A DNA stretch of 48,986 bases, counting the filler, from Catajapyx aquilonaris (lineage: Eukaryota), in the NCBI GenBank assembly GCA_000934665.2. It is 2 parts of 2 records of this genome, joined end to end, with 100 filler letters (N's around TTAATTAATTAA, not from the genome) between each part and the next. Parts side by side here need not be neighbours in the genome. Positions count along the whole stretch, not along the records: positions 24,530 to 48,986 come from JYFJ02005510.1; 1 more part is not named here. One strand, given 5' to 3'. This document shows, piece by piece, positions 37,801 to 48,810 of the stretch (positions are counted from its first letter, which is position 1; the number at the start of each line of letters is the position of its first letter). The notes beneath the pieces were generated by a model, which had not been told where the DNA came from, did no database searches, and saw nothing but the letters and a program-made list of their open reading frames with translations. A program made the position numbers and the translations under genes.

Positions 37801-40800
37801 CCCCATCAGGTGACAAGAGGGAGTGACCAGACCTAAGTATTCTAAGGTCATGGCTGCAGGGGTAAGATGGAACAGTCAAATTTTTGAAGAGACTATTAGG
37901 TTCACAAACCTGATGCTTATGTGATAGGTGCAGATAGACATGCTCCACATGACATGCTATTTTCAAGACAAAATACTGTCGGCGGCAGTACCTATTTTTT
38001 TGGTTTTAGACCGTGTGAGTGAATTTATTTTCATTCGTGTTTCTTTTTTCATCCAATGAAAGTGGGATAGATCACCAAGCTCAATAATGCGTGTGCAAGG
38101 CTTAATATTTGCCTGCAAAATGACAGCATAAATGGGCATTTAATATTTGTCACTCATGAGTAGGAGGACTCGAAAGGTAAAAAAAAGTGCCTACGGGGCA
38201 GGTTGGCACATGTACCTGCTGTCCAACAAGAATTGTTGCAGCGGCAGCGCACGAACTACAGTCTCTCGTGTCCCTGTGCTCGTAGATTGTAGTTCGTGCG
38301 CTGCCGGTGCGACAATTCTTGTTGGACTGATAGTACAGTACCTACCAGCTTTGGTGGACCATGGTGATTTCTACTGCCTATTCCCTGTTACCCAGTTACT
38401 GGCACAAGAGCCCAGTGATGGTTGGCAGGTGGTGTAATATACACATACATATAAGGTTGCAAGGAATTTGGGCTACACTACAGTTTATCCACACCTTAGC
38501 AATGCGGGTGGGGTTCGGCGGATGGGGTGGGCTCCCGTCGGTTGGCAACAGTGGGTCGCCAACAATGGATTGCCAGGAAAAAATGAAAGGTGCGTAGCTA
38601 CCCCTGCCATGCGAACCGATCTGGTGCGTAAATGGGACTGTTATGTAGAAGGGGGCAAATTTTTTTGTTTGATTATCTCGATTATGCTTTAAAAAAGCAA
38701 TACTTGTGGAACGTCAGGCAAAAATAGACGAACTCACATCCTGCCTGGGGATTGGCTATTCCCGTTATTTAATCCTACCGAATTTGAACATGACCCTCAA
38801 CTCAAGCTCATTCTGATCTATTCCACACACCTTCTTATCAGATATGTTCCCTTTCCTCCCTTTTATACCACAAAAACCAGATTTTTAAAGTATGGAACCA
38901 TGTGCCCGTTTACCTACTGTCGAGACTGGTGTGAGGTTGATGCTACTGAATATTCTACAGCAGTGGTTTCCAACGGGGGGAGGGGGGGGGGGGTGTCTTG
39001 ACCCTTTGTTCAACTTTTTTTATTGCAATTTCTGTGTAAATTGAACCATTTTTGTGGCCGTGCAGGGTATATGTTTTATGGAAATGAGGTAGTTGTAGAA
39101 GNTGTCGCACATTTATGGAAACATGTTAGGGGGTCGCAGTTGGTGAAAGGTTGGAAACCACTGTTCTATAAGCCTGTTGGGTCTTTTCGGGATCTGCGTG
39201 GTCCGATTTGGAGGTGATTAAGTGACTGGAATAGCCATTATTTTGTCTTGGTGATGGTGACTTATGGCTTTTTGTTACCCCAACACTACTGTCCTTCGTT
39301 GTGGCCCTGCCAGGCATGGTTCATTGCCCGTGCATGATATTTTTAGTTAATGCAGAGCACAAGCGGCGCCGGGCGCTTATTGTGGGTTTGTATACGTCAA
39401 CAACGCGGTGCTCATTGTGCGTCATAGTCCAATGAACGTTATTGTGGCTTTTCCAAGCCTGAAGTTTACCCTCGCACAATCTGTTAAACCAACGAACGAC
39501 ATGACATCACGTTCTGCCCGCCTCCACTCAGTTCTCCCCTCCAATCATGCCCACGACTCACTCTGCAGGCATACCACTGCACATGCTCAGAAAACACAGC
39601 TGGTGTGACTTCATGTCGTTCTTTGGGTTAACGGACTGCAGCAACCCTCATGGATTTCCTATTTGCCACCTCCTTCATTAATACTGTGAACCTAGCACTC
39701 TTCTGATCGGTTCGCATGGCAGGGGTAAGAAGACGCCCTTTGTTGTGCTCTCCTGGCAACCGAATGTTTTCAACCCGTAGCCAACATGTTTGGAGCCCAC
39801 CCTGCCCTCCCAACCCCGTCGAGTCACGAAGGTGCGGATAAACGATAGACTTTCCGAGTTTTGCTGAATCAGCGCAAAAAGTTAAATGCTTTTCCAGAGA
39901 CTTACACACTTCGCGCAACTGCACACAATGAGATCTCCCCTGTACATTTGTCACAATTGCTATTCTAGTGACAAATAACTGCCTGACTAAATCAACTAAG
40001 ATAATATCACAATGAACCAATGTCCCAGAGGTAGTGTGCACATTTTAGGAAAGTTTCTGCTGCACATAGGGTTTGCTGCAGGAAAATTTCACTGTGATGA
40101 ACTGTGTGAGTTTGGTGGGCTGACTACACTTGAAAAACAGACAGCAAGTGGGGGTGTTGTTTCTTGGCATGTAGTAGGTCTCCTTGAATTTTTTTGGACA
40201 AATTATACATACTTCATCAAGAGGAACCACCAAGCATGGTTGGTGGTGTACGTAGGTCTCAAGGGTTGTTGGATTCTCAGAAATAGAATAAGAGAAATGC
40301 ATAGGACAAAACTTATTACAAAGCACTTTGAGCTTTGTACAACACAGCCCATGGTGAGTGAATCATTTTGCTGCAAGCTGAACTGGCTGAGCCTTCCAGG
40401 TCCATCTGAGGCAAACTTGAATTGTCCTTTGTCTTCTTAATTACAACACATCTAAAGGTTTATTTACCCCTCCGACACTAGGTAAAATCGAAAAGCACTT
40501 GTCTAATTAGTGTTAATTTGAACCACAAAGTGTTTTTGTGTCTATTACAAATAATATTCTAAATACTAAACGAAAATTTGTTTACTTCCCAACGTTTACT
40601 GGATCAGCTCAATAGGAGCACAGTAGTGTAAGGGCACATGAATAAATTTTAGCTACAATTTTTATTTTCAGGGATGCGGGAGACTCCAGTGATGAGTCAG
40701 GAGATGAGTTGGACATAAACTCAGTGAGCAAAGGCAAGCATGACCTTCTGGTGAAACCTGAGCTGAAATCACAGTCAGGTTTCTTCAAGAGCAGCAAGAA

Positions 40801-43800
40801 GCAATACCCAATGTTTCCTTTTTTTGAGGAGAAGATAAAGTTTGATGAGTATGGAGAAGTAATTCGACCAGAGGACTACATGATCCTTGATGGAACTGGT
40901 GATCCTTCTACAGGAGGGCAGGGTGGGGAGGAGAACAAAGAAAACTATGAGTCAAGGGATGAAGAGGCTGGGAATCAGGGTGTGACAGGGGATACAACAG
41001 AGGTCCCAACAAAGTGTGTAAAGTCAATACAGACATTGCATGTCCAAGCCCAAGTGCAGTTCATTGACTTTGAGGGACGATCTGATGGGGAATCACTCAA
41101 AAAACTATTGTCTCAGATGAAGCCAAGGAGACTCATTGTGGTGAGGGGTAGTCCAGAAAGTACCAAGAGTCTGGCTTCCTATTGTAAAAAGGGTGACACC
41201 AAGATCTTTACACCAGTGGTTGGGGAAGTTATTGATGCCACCACTGAGACACACATTTACCAGGTGAGTGGTATGTTCATCCTTTCATATTTGACTGCTC
41301 ATTTGAAAAGTTTTGATCATCCTAGGAGTAAAACATTCATGATATGCTTGTAATTACCACCTAGCTTCTGATTCCCATCATAGTTTTCTTAGATGGTTCA
41401 GACCTGGTCATTAATCTATACTGTCATATTGCTCTTGTCATTTGAGAACCATATGTTGTATAAGCTGAGCAGGTATTTCACCCACATTTAAAAAAATTTA
41501 CAGGTTCGCCTGAAAGATTCACTTGTGTCAACCCTGTTGTTCAGCAAAGGGAAAGATGCAGAGCTGTCCTGGGTTGACAGCCAGATTTTTATGCTGATGC
41601 CAGAAAAACCTAATGTGAAGCCTCCTGATGAGGATGACGAAGACGAAGAAAATGAGGAAGGAGAACTGACTGATTCCCAGGAAGGTAAGGCACTAATCTT
41701 ATTATGCTCTGTTTGGGGAAAGGTACAGGAAAGGGAGAATGGCTACACATATGTGCTGTGTCTAAAAAGTTCAGTGAATCTATACTGGGAGTTACTGAAT
41801 TCAGCCGACAAACTTGTAGGGGCAATAGAGGGGGCCAAGACAAATACACATAGGAACCCATGTCTGAAAACGCCATCTAGAAGGCGACAATAGATGCGGA
41901 ATGGGTGCGTTTACATGCGTCAGGCGGGAGGCGCTAGGCGAGCAGGTTGTTTCGTTTCTAAGTGGAGCGCGGATAGTAAACAACGGTGTGATGCACATAA
42001 CCTGGCAACAACAGAGCCACCTAGCAACTAAAGCCTGCTTGCTAGGTGGCGGACAGATAGTAAACAACCTCTCTGTTGTTGCCAGGTTATTGTGCATCAC
42101 ACTGTTGTTTACTATCCGCGCTCCACCTAGCAACTAAACAGTCCACTCGCCGAGCGCCTCCTGTCTGATGCGTCTGTTGCGCACCCGTTCTGCGTCTAGT
42201 GTCCCCCTCTAGATGGCGTCTCCAGACATGGGTTCCTATGTGAAATATGTTTGTCTTGGCCCCCCTTATTACCCCTACAAGTTTGTTGCCTGAATTCATT
42301 AACTCCCTGTATATCTTAATCTACGAGGGCTGTCCTAAATTGATTTACAATTTATTTATTTTGCCCCAAATGCAGGGCCCCTACAGGTCAGCAGATGGGC
42401 ACACATTATTGATAGAATCCTCCTGAAACCAAATGCACTAGCGCCACAGGTGTGTCAACCTCTCCAGCCCTCTAGGAACCACGTTTTGGAGGTGCAGCAC
42501 GCCAACTTCCGGACAATTGCTCACAGTCAACAATGTCCTTGAAATGGCGTCAGTTAAGGGATTTTTTCAAGGCTTTGAACAGGTGAAAGTCACTGGGGCC
42601 ATGTTGAGAGAGTATGGCAGGTGTGGAAGCATCCAAAGCTTGATCCATGAAAAATCTCTTTGCCGACACCATTTCAAGGACATTGTTGACTGCAAGCAAT
42701 TGTCTGGAAGTTGGTGTGCAAAATGTGGTTCCTGGAGGGCTGGAGAGGTTGACACACCCGTGGCATTCGGCTCAACGAGGATTCTGTCGATAAAGTGTGC
42801 CTATCTGCCGACTTGTAAGGGCCCTGCATGTGAGCAATAAAATAAACTGTAAATCGATTTAGTATGGCCCTTGTACATTTTAGGAAGTTTGTGTGTTTGT
42901 TCGCTATAGATAGGGAATGCCCCTACACCACCTTAAACTGGTGTACTGGGGGTTACCTGTACTTTTTACAAGGAAGTTAATGCCACATGTTTCAGCTTCT
43001 GAAAATGAGCGTAACTAGCACCCGAGACGAAGCCAGAGACAACCCAACTCTGCATGAGTAGAAGGGGGAAAGCTCGGGCTTGGGATCGCACCCGGGACCC
43101 CTTTATACATCTGTGGGTGCGAACATTACCGCAACGCCACTCATCCTCCCGACACACATTACCTGTATTAAAAACAAAATTTCCCACCAGGCATCTATAC
43201 ATTTTTTCAGGGAAAACAGGGGACGAGGCATGGGGGGTGAAGGAGTCAGAAATTTTGAAAAAAAAATAATTAAACTAATAATGATGAAAAAACGTGGCCA
43301 TGCAGTCTTTTCCTGGGCCAACTCGATCCCCGTTCATCATTTTACACATCCGATCAGCATACATGTATCGACTCTGCTAACTGAAGCGTGTTGGCCTCCT
43401 AAGATGATGCAATGAAAAAACCTTGGCTCACTGTTTTAACTATGTTACTATACAATGACCCATAGGGCCAGTTTTAAGAATATCAAGTATACAGTCATGT
43501 ATAGATAAAGTACTGGTACAGTATATGAAGTGTATTTCATTCTTGCACACCCCCTCCTCAACCACTATAACACACCACAACACTTCCGGGCAACACCAGG
43601 TTACTGGCTAGTGTTACCATAAAAGCCACGAAACAGAAGGTACATAGGGATTACCTTTATTGACCTTCAAAGTACTCTTCATCAACAACACACTTTTGAC
43701 AACGTTCGTAACGCTTCTGAAAACAGTCATTGGAAAAATTTATCTTGGGAATCCCCTCCAGATGTTTGTGTGGGTTTTCCAGGGTTCTCCCATTTCCTGC

Positions 43801-44354
43801 CACTATCAAAATCCATCAAAGCACAGTTAATGAATAACTTTGGGAATGAAGAGGCCACAGCCCTATCATGCTACCATTATTATGTTTATTACAACTAAAC
43901 ATTGAGAACAGTGCTGGTGCACACTGGATATCTCATTTGAGTGTTGGGTCCACAAACACAGCTTATCCCGGGAAGGACTTGTTTCTTTTATTAATAATGG
44001 CTTGTTGTTTTAGATGGCAGTGGAGGGTTGATACCAACATTGGAGCTCCTTCCCTCCAGTTTGATCCAAGGCCATCAAACAGCATTCATAAATGAACTTC
44101 GACTCTCTGACTTTAAGCAGGTGCTGCAGAGGAATGGGATTTCATCTGAATTTTCCGGTGGTGTGTTGTGGTGCTGCAATGGGACCATTTCTCTGCGGAG
44201 GGTGAGTCTCTAAAATTTAAATTTTACTGCTGCCTTTACATACTCTTATCAATTATTTCAGCATGCAGCTGGAAGAGTGACTGTCGAAGGCTGTATCTCC
44301 CACGACTATTATAAAATTAGGTCCCTCTTATATGAACAGTACGCTATTGTCTAA
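25844..44354 (+). CDS. CPSF2: Cleavage and polyadenylation specificity factor subunit 2 (CPSF100); 5' coding exons absent
   Basis: Exons 25844-26195, 29972-30383, 34162-34323, 40672-41263, 41504-41684, 44014-44201, 44262-44354 join in phase (660 codons including stop). Motifs [47 protein letters not shown] and C-terminal LYEQYAIV*. Confidence 0.96.
26308..26904. mobile_element. pogo/Tigger-type MITE
   Basis: TA|CAGTCAAACTTCTATAAGTCGAA ... TTCGACTTATAGAAGTTTTACTG|TA; many subterminal TAA(G/C)TCGAA repeats. Confidence 0.85.
28423..28969. mobile_element. Tc1/mariner-type fold-back MITE
   Basis: TA|CAGGGTGTTTCC ... GGAAACACCCTG|TA; inverted arms extend over most of the element; related to 41785-42309. 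Confidence 0.9.
29470..29867. mobile_element. Tc1/mariner-type MITE (decayed)
   Basis: CAGGGGATCCAAAATACTAGTCCAATTGCT / AGCAATTGGACAAGTATTTTGGATCACCCTG. Confidence 0.7.
31314..32226. mobile_element. TA-flanked element with about 240-bp near-perfect TIRs and a DINE-1/Helentron-like core
   Basis: 31314-31552 is the reverse complement of 31992-32226. The core starts GACCTTTTCTC..GGAAAAAAGTC followed by CCGTCCGTCTGTCCGTCTGT. Confidence 0.85.
32620..32770 (-). mobile_element. Degenerate tRNA-derived SINE
   Basis: Minus strand reads TGGTATAGCAGTTAA (A-box-like) ... AGTTTAATCTC (B-box-like) followed by a GGTTTTCTCC-type SINE body. Confidence 0.35.
33279..34028 (+). mobile_element. pogo/Tigger-type MITE with nested TTAA element; same family as 46387-46898
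   Basis: TA|CAGTTGAATCAGGATATAACAG ... CTGTTATATCCGGATTCAACTC|TA. Confidence 0.82.
35074..36499. mobile_element. pogo/Tigger-type non-autonomous element hosting a nested insertion
   Basis: TA|CAGTTGAATCCCTCTATAACGAA ... TTCGTTATAAAGGGATTCGAGTG|TA. Confidence 0.7.
35182..35867. mobile_element. Nested TIR element with 5-bp TATTT duplication (superfamily unassigned)
   Basis: TATTT|CAGGGTGACCACC ... GGTGGTCACCCTG|TATTT; repeated CAGGGAAA subterminal motifs. Confidence 0.7.
36597..37027. mobile_element. Tc1/mariner-type fold-back MITE
   Basis: CAGGGTTC..AAATTTATT.TACCT.TGCTTTGGGGGATGGTAGAAGGGTTCTAG and its reverse complement ending GAACCCTG|TA. Confidence 0.85.
37458..37548 (-). mobile_element. 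Helitron-like 3' terminus (inverted copy of about 43522-43612)
   Basis: Reverse complement of TATGAAGTGTATTT.ATTCTTGCA...CACAACACTT..G.GCAA..CCAGGTTACT.GCTAGT; decayed hairpin followed by CTAG|T. Confidence 0.5.
38212..38337. repeat. About 125-bp hairpin / mini-MITE
   Basis: GTCCAACAAGAATTGTTGCAGCGGCAGCGCACGAACTACA pairs with TGTAGTTCGTGCGCTGCCGGTGCGACAATTCTTGTTGGAC. Confidence 0.75.
38961..39163 (-). mobile_element. hAT-type MITE, same family as 22396-22642
   Basis: CAGTGGTTTCCAAC / GTTGGAAACCACTG; TSD TTCTACAG/TTCTATAA; internal sequence is the reverse complement of the 22396 copy. Confidence 0.8.
41785..42309. mobile_element. Tc1/mariner-type fold-back MITE related to 28423-28969
   Basis: TA|CTGGGAGTTA.TGAATTCAG ... 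CTGAATTCATTAACTCCCTG|TA; shares GAGGCGCTAGGCGAGC and CCTGGCAACAACAGA with the 28423 element. Confidence 0.85.
42324..42873 (-). mobile_element. Mariner-derived fold-back MITE with a transposase catalytic-motif remnant
   Basis: TA|CGAGGGC ... GCCCTTG|TA termini with long inverted arms. The centre on the minus strand reads [14 protein letters not shown] then, after a 1-bp frameshift, [13 protein letters not shown]. Confidence 0.85.
43522..43612 (+). mobile_element. Helitron-like 3' terminus
   Basis: CCGGGCAACACCAGG hairpin-like sequence followed by TTACTGGCTAG|T; inverted homologue at 37458-37548. Confidence 0.5.
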
Positions 44355-44402
44355 ATTAATTTATTTGCAATTTTATTTTTATGTTTGTATGTCACTCTTA
44401 TA

Positions 44403-45280
44403 CACGGTGTATGTGAATTCATCAGCCAAAATTATACTGGTGGTAGGGGATGCATATGGAAGGGGCATGGCATGGGTTCGAAAGGTAGGCGACGATCTGT
44501 TTTGGAGATGTCGACCTTTGACATAGACAATGTCTAGCCTTACAAGTGTGGATACCCCTGCATGCTTGCATTGCTCTTTACTGGTGCCATCCAGTGATGT
44601 GGCCACTTTGTGTGACCAAGTCACATTTTTTGTCATAACATGGGAAATATAGCATATTTGGACTCCACCTTTGAGACAGTCTTGGGTTGATTCCTTCCGT
44701 GATAAGTGACATTTAGTTTACATTTTTTTAAGCAAATAGTAGGATCGGAAAAATATTAATTACTCACCGATGCATGGTTGGGGGCAAATTGTGATGGATA
44801 CTTATTTTTTGTAGTCTTGGGAGGGTTGGCATCATTTTAGAATAACTTCATGCATTACTAAGGATAAGCTCAAGTCCCCTCCAGAAAGCAGGAAGTGAAC
44901 CATTCTTGGAATGCATTCTTAGCCCCGGCTATGCATTGGTGCCTAATTTATTTTTTCCTGATCATGCTATTGGCTCAAAAAATTTAAAATAAATGCCATT
45001 TATTGCTGAAGGATTCAATGAAGATATTCTTAAAGATGAATCCCAAAAGTTTTATATTGTCCATGTTATAGCAAAAAAAAGTGGCCACATCACCATCTGA
45101 GGCTTAACCAGCCTGGCCCAGCAATTAGTGATGAAGGCATGTAGGGAGGTATCCATACTTTACAGGATAGACATCGCGGACATCAACATCATCATTGCCT
45201 TTTGGACCCATGCCAAACTTCTTCCATCGGCATCCCGTACCACCCATATCATTTTGTCAGATGAATTCACATACACCGTG
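44403..45280. mobile_element. Tc1/mariner-type fold-back MITE 48 bp downstream of the CPSF2 stop codon
   Basis: TA|CACGGTGTATGTGAATTCATC ... GATGAATTCACATACACCGTG|TA; diverged inverted arms extend inward. Confidence 0.85.
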
Positions 45281-46010
45281 TACATAAACAGTATACTACT
45301 GTCTAAACCAAGTTTGCAATTTTATGTTTGTTATAATAAATATATATTATATAATTTTCAAATAACCGTTAGCAACAATAATTTCTTAGTGGAAATTTTC
45401 CTATAAATGCTAGACAGGGTGGAAATAGTGTTGCCTGAACAGAATGTGCAGCTTTCAGTCAACGTCACCTACTCATTGTCTCTCCTAGTGGTTGTGAAAT
45501 TTTTCCTTCCTTCCCAGTGATACCCAACCTGGCATCCCCCAGAGAGGAATCATACTTCAAGGCAGAGTAATCCGCAACTGATTCATACTGCCTGAGTATC
45601 CACTCTGGTTTTCCCATTTCGTTGGTAGTGCTTGGCCATTCTTTCCTATGTTTCTGATGCCACCAAGATTTAAGTTCCAGTAGCTATGGAGTCAGTAATG
45701 ATTAAGTGCTACCCATATTGGAACTTGAATGTAACAGTTGCTCTACACGTGCATCCTTTGCTGGTGCAGTTATTATTAAGTGTTTTTGCCCAATTATTAT
45801 TACGTGTCAGTTTCAGTGAACAAGTGTTTTGTGAATGCAAAACTTGGGGGCCATTGATCATTGACAGAATAATTAGAATAATAATAATTTGAGGCTTCTA
45901 TCACCTGTGGTTATGTTAATTAGGAAAAGCGCACATTTGTGAAGTTCAAACACAGATTTTGACAATGCTAGAATTGATAGGATAAAATTGAGTGTCACTT
46001 TTTCATCTAA

Positions 46011-46204
46011 GCCCGGCTGCAAACGGCAATTCGAGAGGGAAAAGTTGCCTTGCCCCTGCTTGAGCGTCCAGGCTCCCCCAAGTTTTAAGCATGTAAGAAA
46101 TCTGCACGTGCTGGTTACTCCCTCCTTGCGCATGCGCTGCATGCTTTCCCGGGTGGATGTGCGGGCAATAAGTTGCTCCTGAATTCCCCCCTTTGCGCCC
46201 GGCC
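46011..46204. mobile_element. PIF/Harbinger-like MITE
   Basis: TAA|GCCCGGCTGCAAACGG ... CCCTTTGCGCCCGGCC|TAA. Confidence 0.5.
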
Positions 46205-46296
46205 TAACATTATTAGGAATCACTGCATGACCAACATGTAGTGTCACCTGGAACAATTGTGCAACATCACATCAGATCTGTGTAGTGTCAGAGACC

Positions 46297-46338
46297 TGTT
46301 TGTTTGTTTCTTTGTTTGTTTGTTTGTTTGCTTGTTTG
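46297..46338. repeat. (TGTT)n microsatellite
   Basis: About 10 imperfect TGTT units. Confidence 0.8.
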
Positions 46339-46386
46339 ATTGGGAAGGAGCCAAAGCAATTATGGCTATTTTGCTACAAGAAAATA

Positions 46387-46898
46387 CAGTTGACTCCTGA
46401 TATAACAGACGTCAAGGGACCACGGAGAAAAGTCTGTTATAACCGGGGTCTCTTATAACCAAATGGTCACTTTGCAATGGATACACAAAGCTGTCTGCTT
46501 TCCATATGCTTAAAATGCACACTACTGCATTTATTAATGAAACTATCCACAAAAATGCAAAATTAGCTCACCTGTAATTTAGGTAGAACAAAAAAAAAAT
46601 GAGTAATTTTCTTCTGCTATCTCCTTGTTGCCAAATATACCAGAAAAATAATGATTTTGAGTAGCTTAGAAAAAATCACTCCACTCCAGTATTCCCTGCC
46701 TTCCTGTGTATGGGAAAGGTATTTGAATAATCAAAAAGAGCATATCTTCCCTCTGACGGGCCAAAAAATGGTCTGTTATAGCCGAGGTGAAGTGAAAATG
46801 AGTGTCAGGAGTAAAAATACACAGGGCCTTATGGAAGTTTGCCAGGACCGGCCTTTCGAGTCCGTTATAACCGAGGCTATTATATCTGGAGTCAACTG
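46387..46898 (+). mobile_element. pogo/Tigger-type MITE, same family as 33279-34028
   Basis: TA|CAGTTGACTCCTGATATAA ... TTATATCTGGAGTCAACTG|TA; internal homology (TTAATGAAACTATCCACA, AAAATTAGCTCACCTGTAA). Confidence 0.85.
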
Positions 46899-47721
46899 TA
46901 CAAACGGGGGTGGGACAGATGGAGACAGAAACAAAAAGAAAAAAGAAGAGAGTAAAGACTGGTATCTCTTTGTCTGTTCCCAGCCCCAAATATTTGTCCA
47001 GCTTGGAAGACCCTGCCAGTAGATGAAGCTATGCAAGCATAGCTTTCAGGGTCATGGGAGAAACACAACTCCCCTGCCACCATCATGACAAGGTGAAGAT
47101 ACCATCAAGGGGGTCTGAGTCCTGGCAACGGAACGTTTTACTGTTGTCTTGTGGAATTATTGTATGGTAACAGTTGCTATGGCTCAATGTTTGGAGTTGT
47201 AGAATGTTTGGAGATGTGAACCAACCCTGGAAGGGCCTGCTTATTTATGTCTGGAGAGATCCACTCTATCCCCCCCACCCCCACCCAGTATGGCTTTACA
47301 TACCAGTACTTCAATCCCCTCAATTTGTGGATCATCTGAGCCAAACGTCACTCCTAACTAAACATTAAACTGTGATACTTATGACAATGTAATTCCAGGT
47401 CAGTTTATCTTTCCTCCTTTAAAAAAGACAATAACACCATTGGCCTAAAAAAAATTTAACTGCAGGTGTGTGAAGGATGCAGAGGATCACAGTAATCAGT
47501 ATTCCAGAAACATGACACTTTGCAATTAATGATAGACGGCCGCTGGTTATCCTCAGAAGTAGGTTCCAACCNCCCCCCCCCCCCTCCCCAAAATGGATAC
47601 GTGAAACCCGCGGATAAACACGGAACCCTACGTAATGTACCCTTTTTAAGCATACATATGATAAGTTCAATTTATGAATTGTACACATTTACACATCAAC
47701 AAAAACAAGTAACAGTAGAAT

Positions 47722-48108
47722 TGGGGAGGCGGAGTGGTGCTGCGGTAACGTATGCGCCCACAGATGTTAAGGTCCCGGGTTCGATCCCAACCTAGGGACA
47801 CCCCCTTCATCTCGTGCAGAGTTCAGGGTCACCTCTGGCTTCGTCTCGGGTGGTATTTCCACAGGCTAAACCACCCAGGGGAGTTCATTAAAAATGACCA
47901 CGTATAAGACATTGCTGCACCTTGCACATCCCCTCCTGTCATCCTGCCCGTGGGCCTGGGCGCTACGTATAAAGGCTCAAAAATGTACTATATACGCCAA
48001 ATTGTTTCATACCCCGGGGGTATGAAACAATTTGGCGTATATAGTACTTGACATAATAAATAAAGGTCCGTGCTGCATTACCTCAGATGAGGTCAAGCAC
48101 TACCCCGG

Positions 48109-48144
<36 letters not shown>
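47722..48144 (+). mobile_element. tRNA-derived SINE, full length, with (ATT)n tail
   Basis: A-box-like TGGTGCTGCGG; B-box GGTTCGATCCC (about 47778); (ATT)n tail at about 48109-48144; perfect 15-bp TSD AAGTAACAGTAGAAT at 47707-47721 and 48145-48159. Confidence 0.9.
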
Positions 48145-48146
<2 letters not shown>

Positions 48147-48277
48147 GTAACAGTAGAATAAGATAGTTATAACAATACAGTAGTGTACCATAATAAAAAT
48201 GTGTTGGATTTAAAATATGTTTTTATTTAATACTAATTTAATAGAGTAGAACCCCAATTATCCGACTTGTGATTATA

Positions 48278-48810
48278 CGGGGTTTTGTACTAGCAAGCCA
48301 CGAGGGGCATATTCCTTGGCCCAAACCAAGTCTAAAATGTAGGGGGGAGAAATGTCAATGGACCAACCTGTAATGAGGTAGACAACCAGAAACATTGGCC
48401 TACCCCGAGACACAGGCGGCAACACACACGACGCCTCTTTGTAGGGAGATCTGGCAGATGGCCACACACACCTTACAGGGGATACCTAGGCCCCTAGGGA
48501 GCAAGATATGAGCTTGATAATCACTTCTGTGAAGGAGGTGATCTCTCAAAATCCCAACTGCCATGATTATCCACTTATATCCAGCTCTGTAGGCAGCCCC
48601 TGTAAGGTGCGCGGGTCCATCTTCCAGGAGATCTCCCTACAAAGAGGTGTAGTGTGTGTTGCCGCCTGTGTCTCGGGGTAGGCCAATGTTTCTGGTCGTC
48701 TACCTCGTCACTGGTTGGTCCCTCGACATTTCTCCCCCCTACATTTTAGACTTGGTTTGGGCCTAGGAATATGCCACTCACGGCTTGACTTACTAGTAAG
48801 AAACACCCTG
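48278..48810. mobile_element. Tc1/mariner-type fold-back MITE, followed by another CAGGGTG-starting element at 48815
   Basis: Long arms (CCCAAACCAAGTCTAAAATGTAGGGGG..CCTACCCCGAGACACAGGCGGCAACACACAC and its reverse complement); ends CACCCTG|TATA|CAGGGTG. Confidence 0.82.

Noticed and set aside
39628..40440. Overlapping 93-142 aa ORFs
   Set aside because: Intronic, partly within repeats, no recognisable homology.
47722..47796. Possible tRNA gene
   Set aside because: No convincing cloverleaf or acceptor stem; it continues into a body with an (ATT)n tail and TSD, so it is a SINE head.
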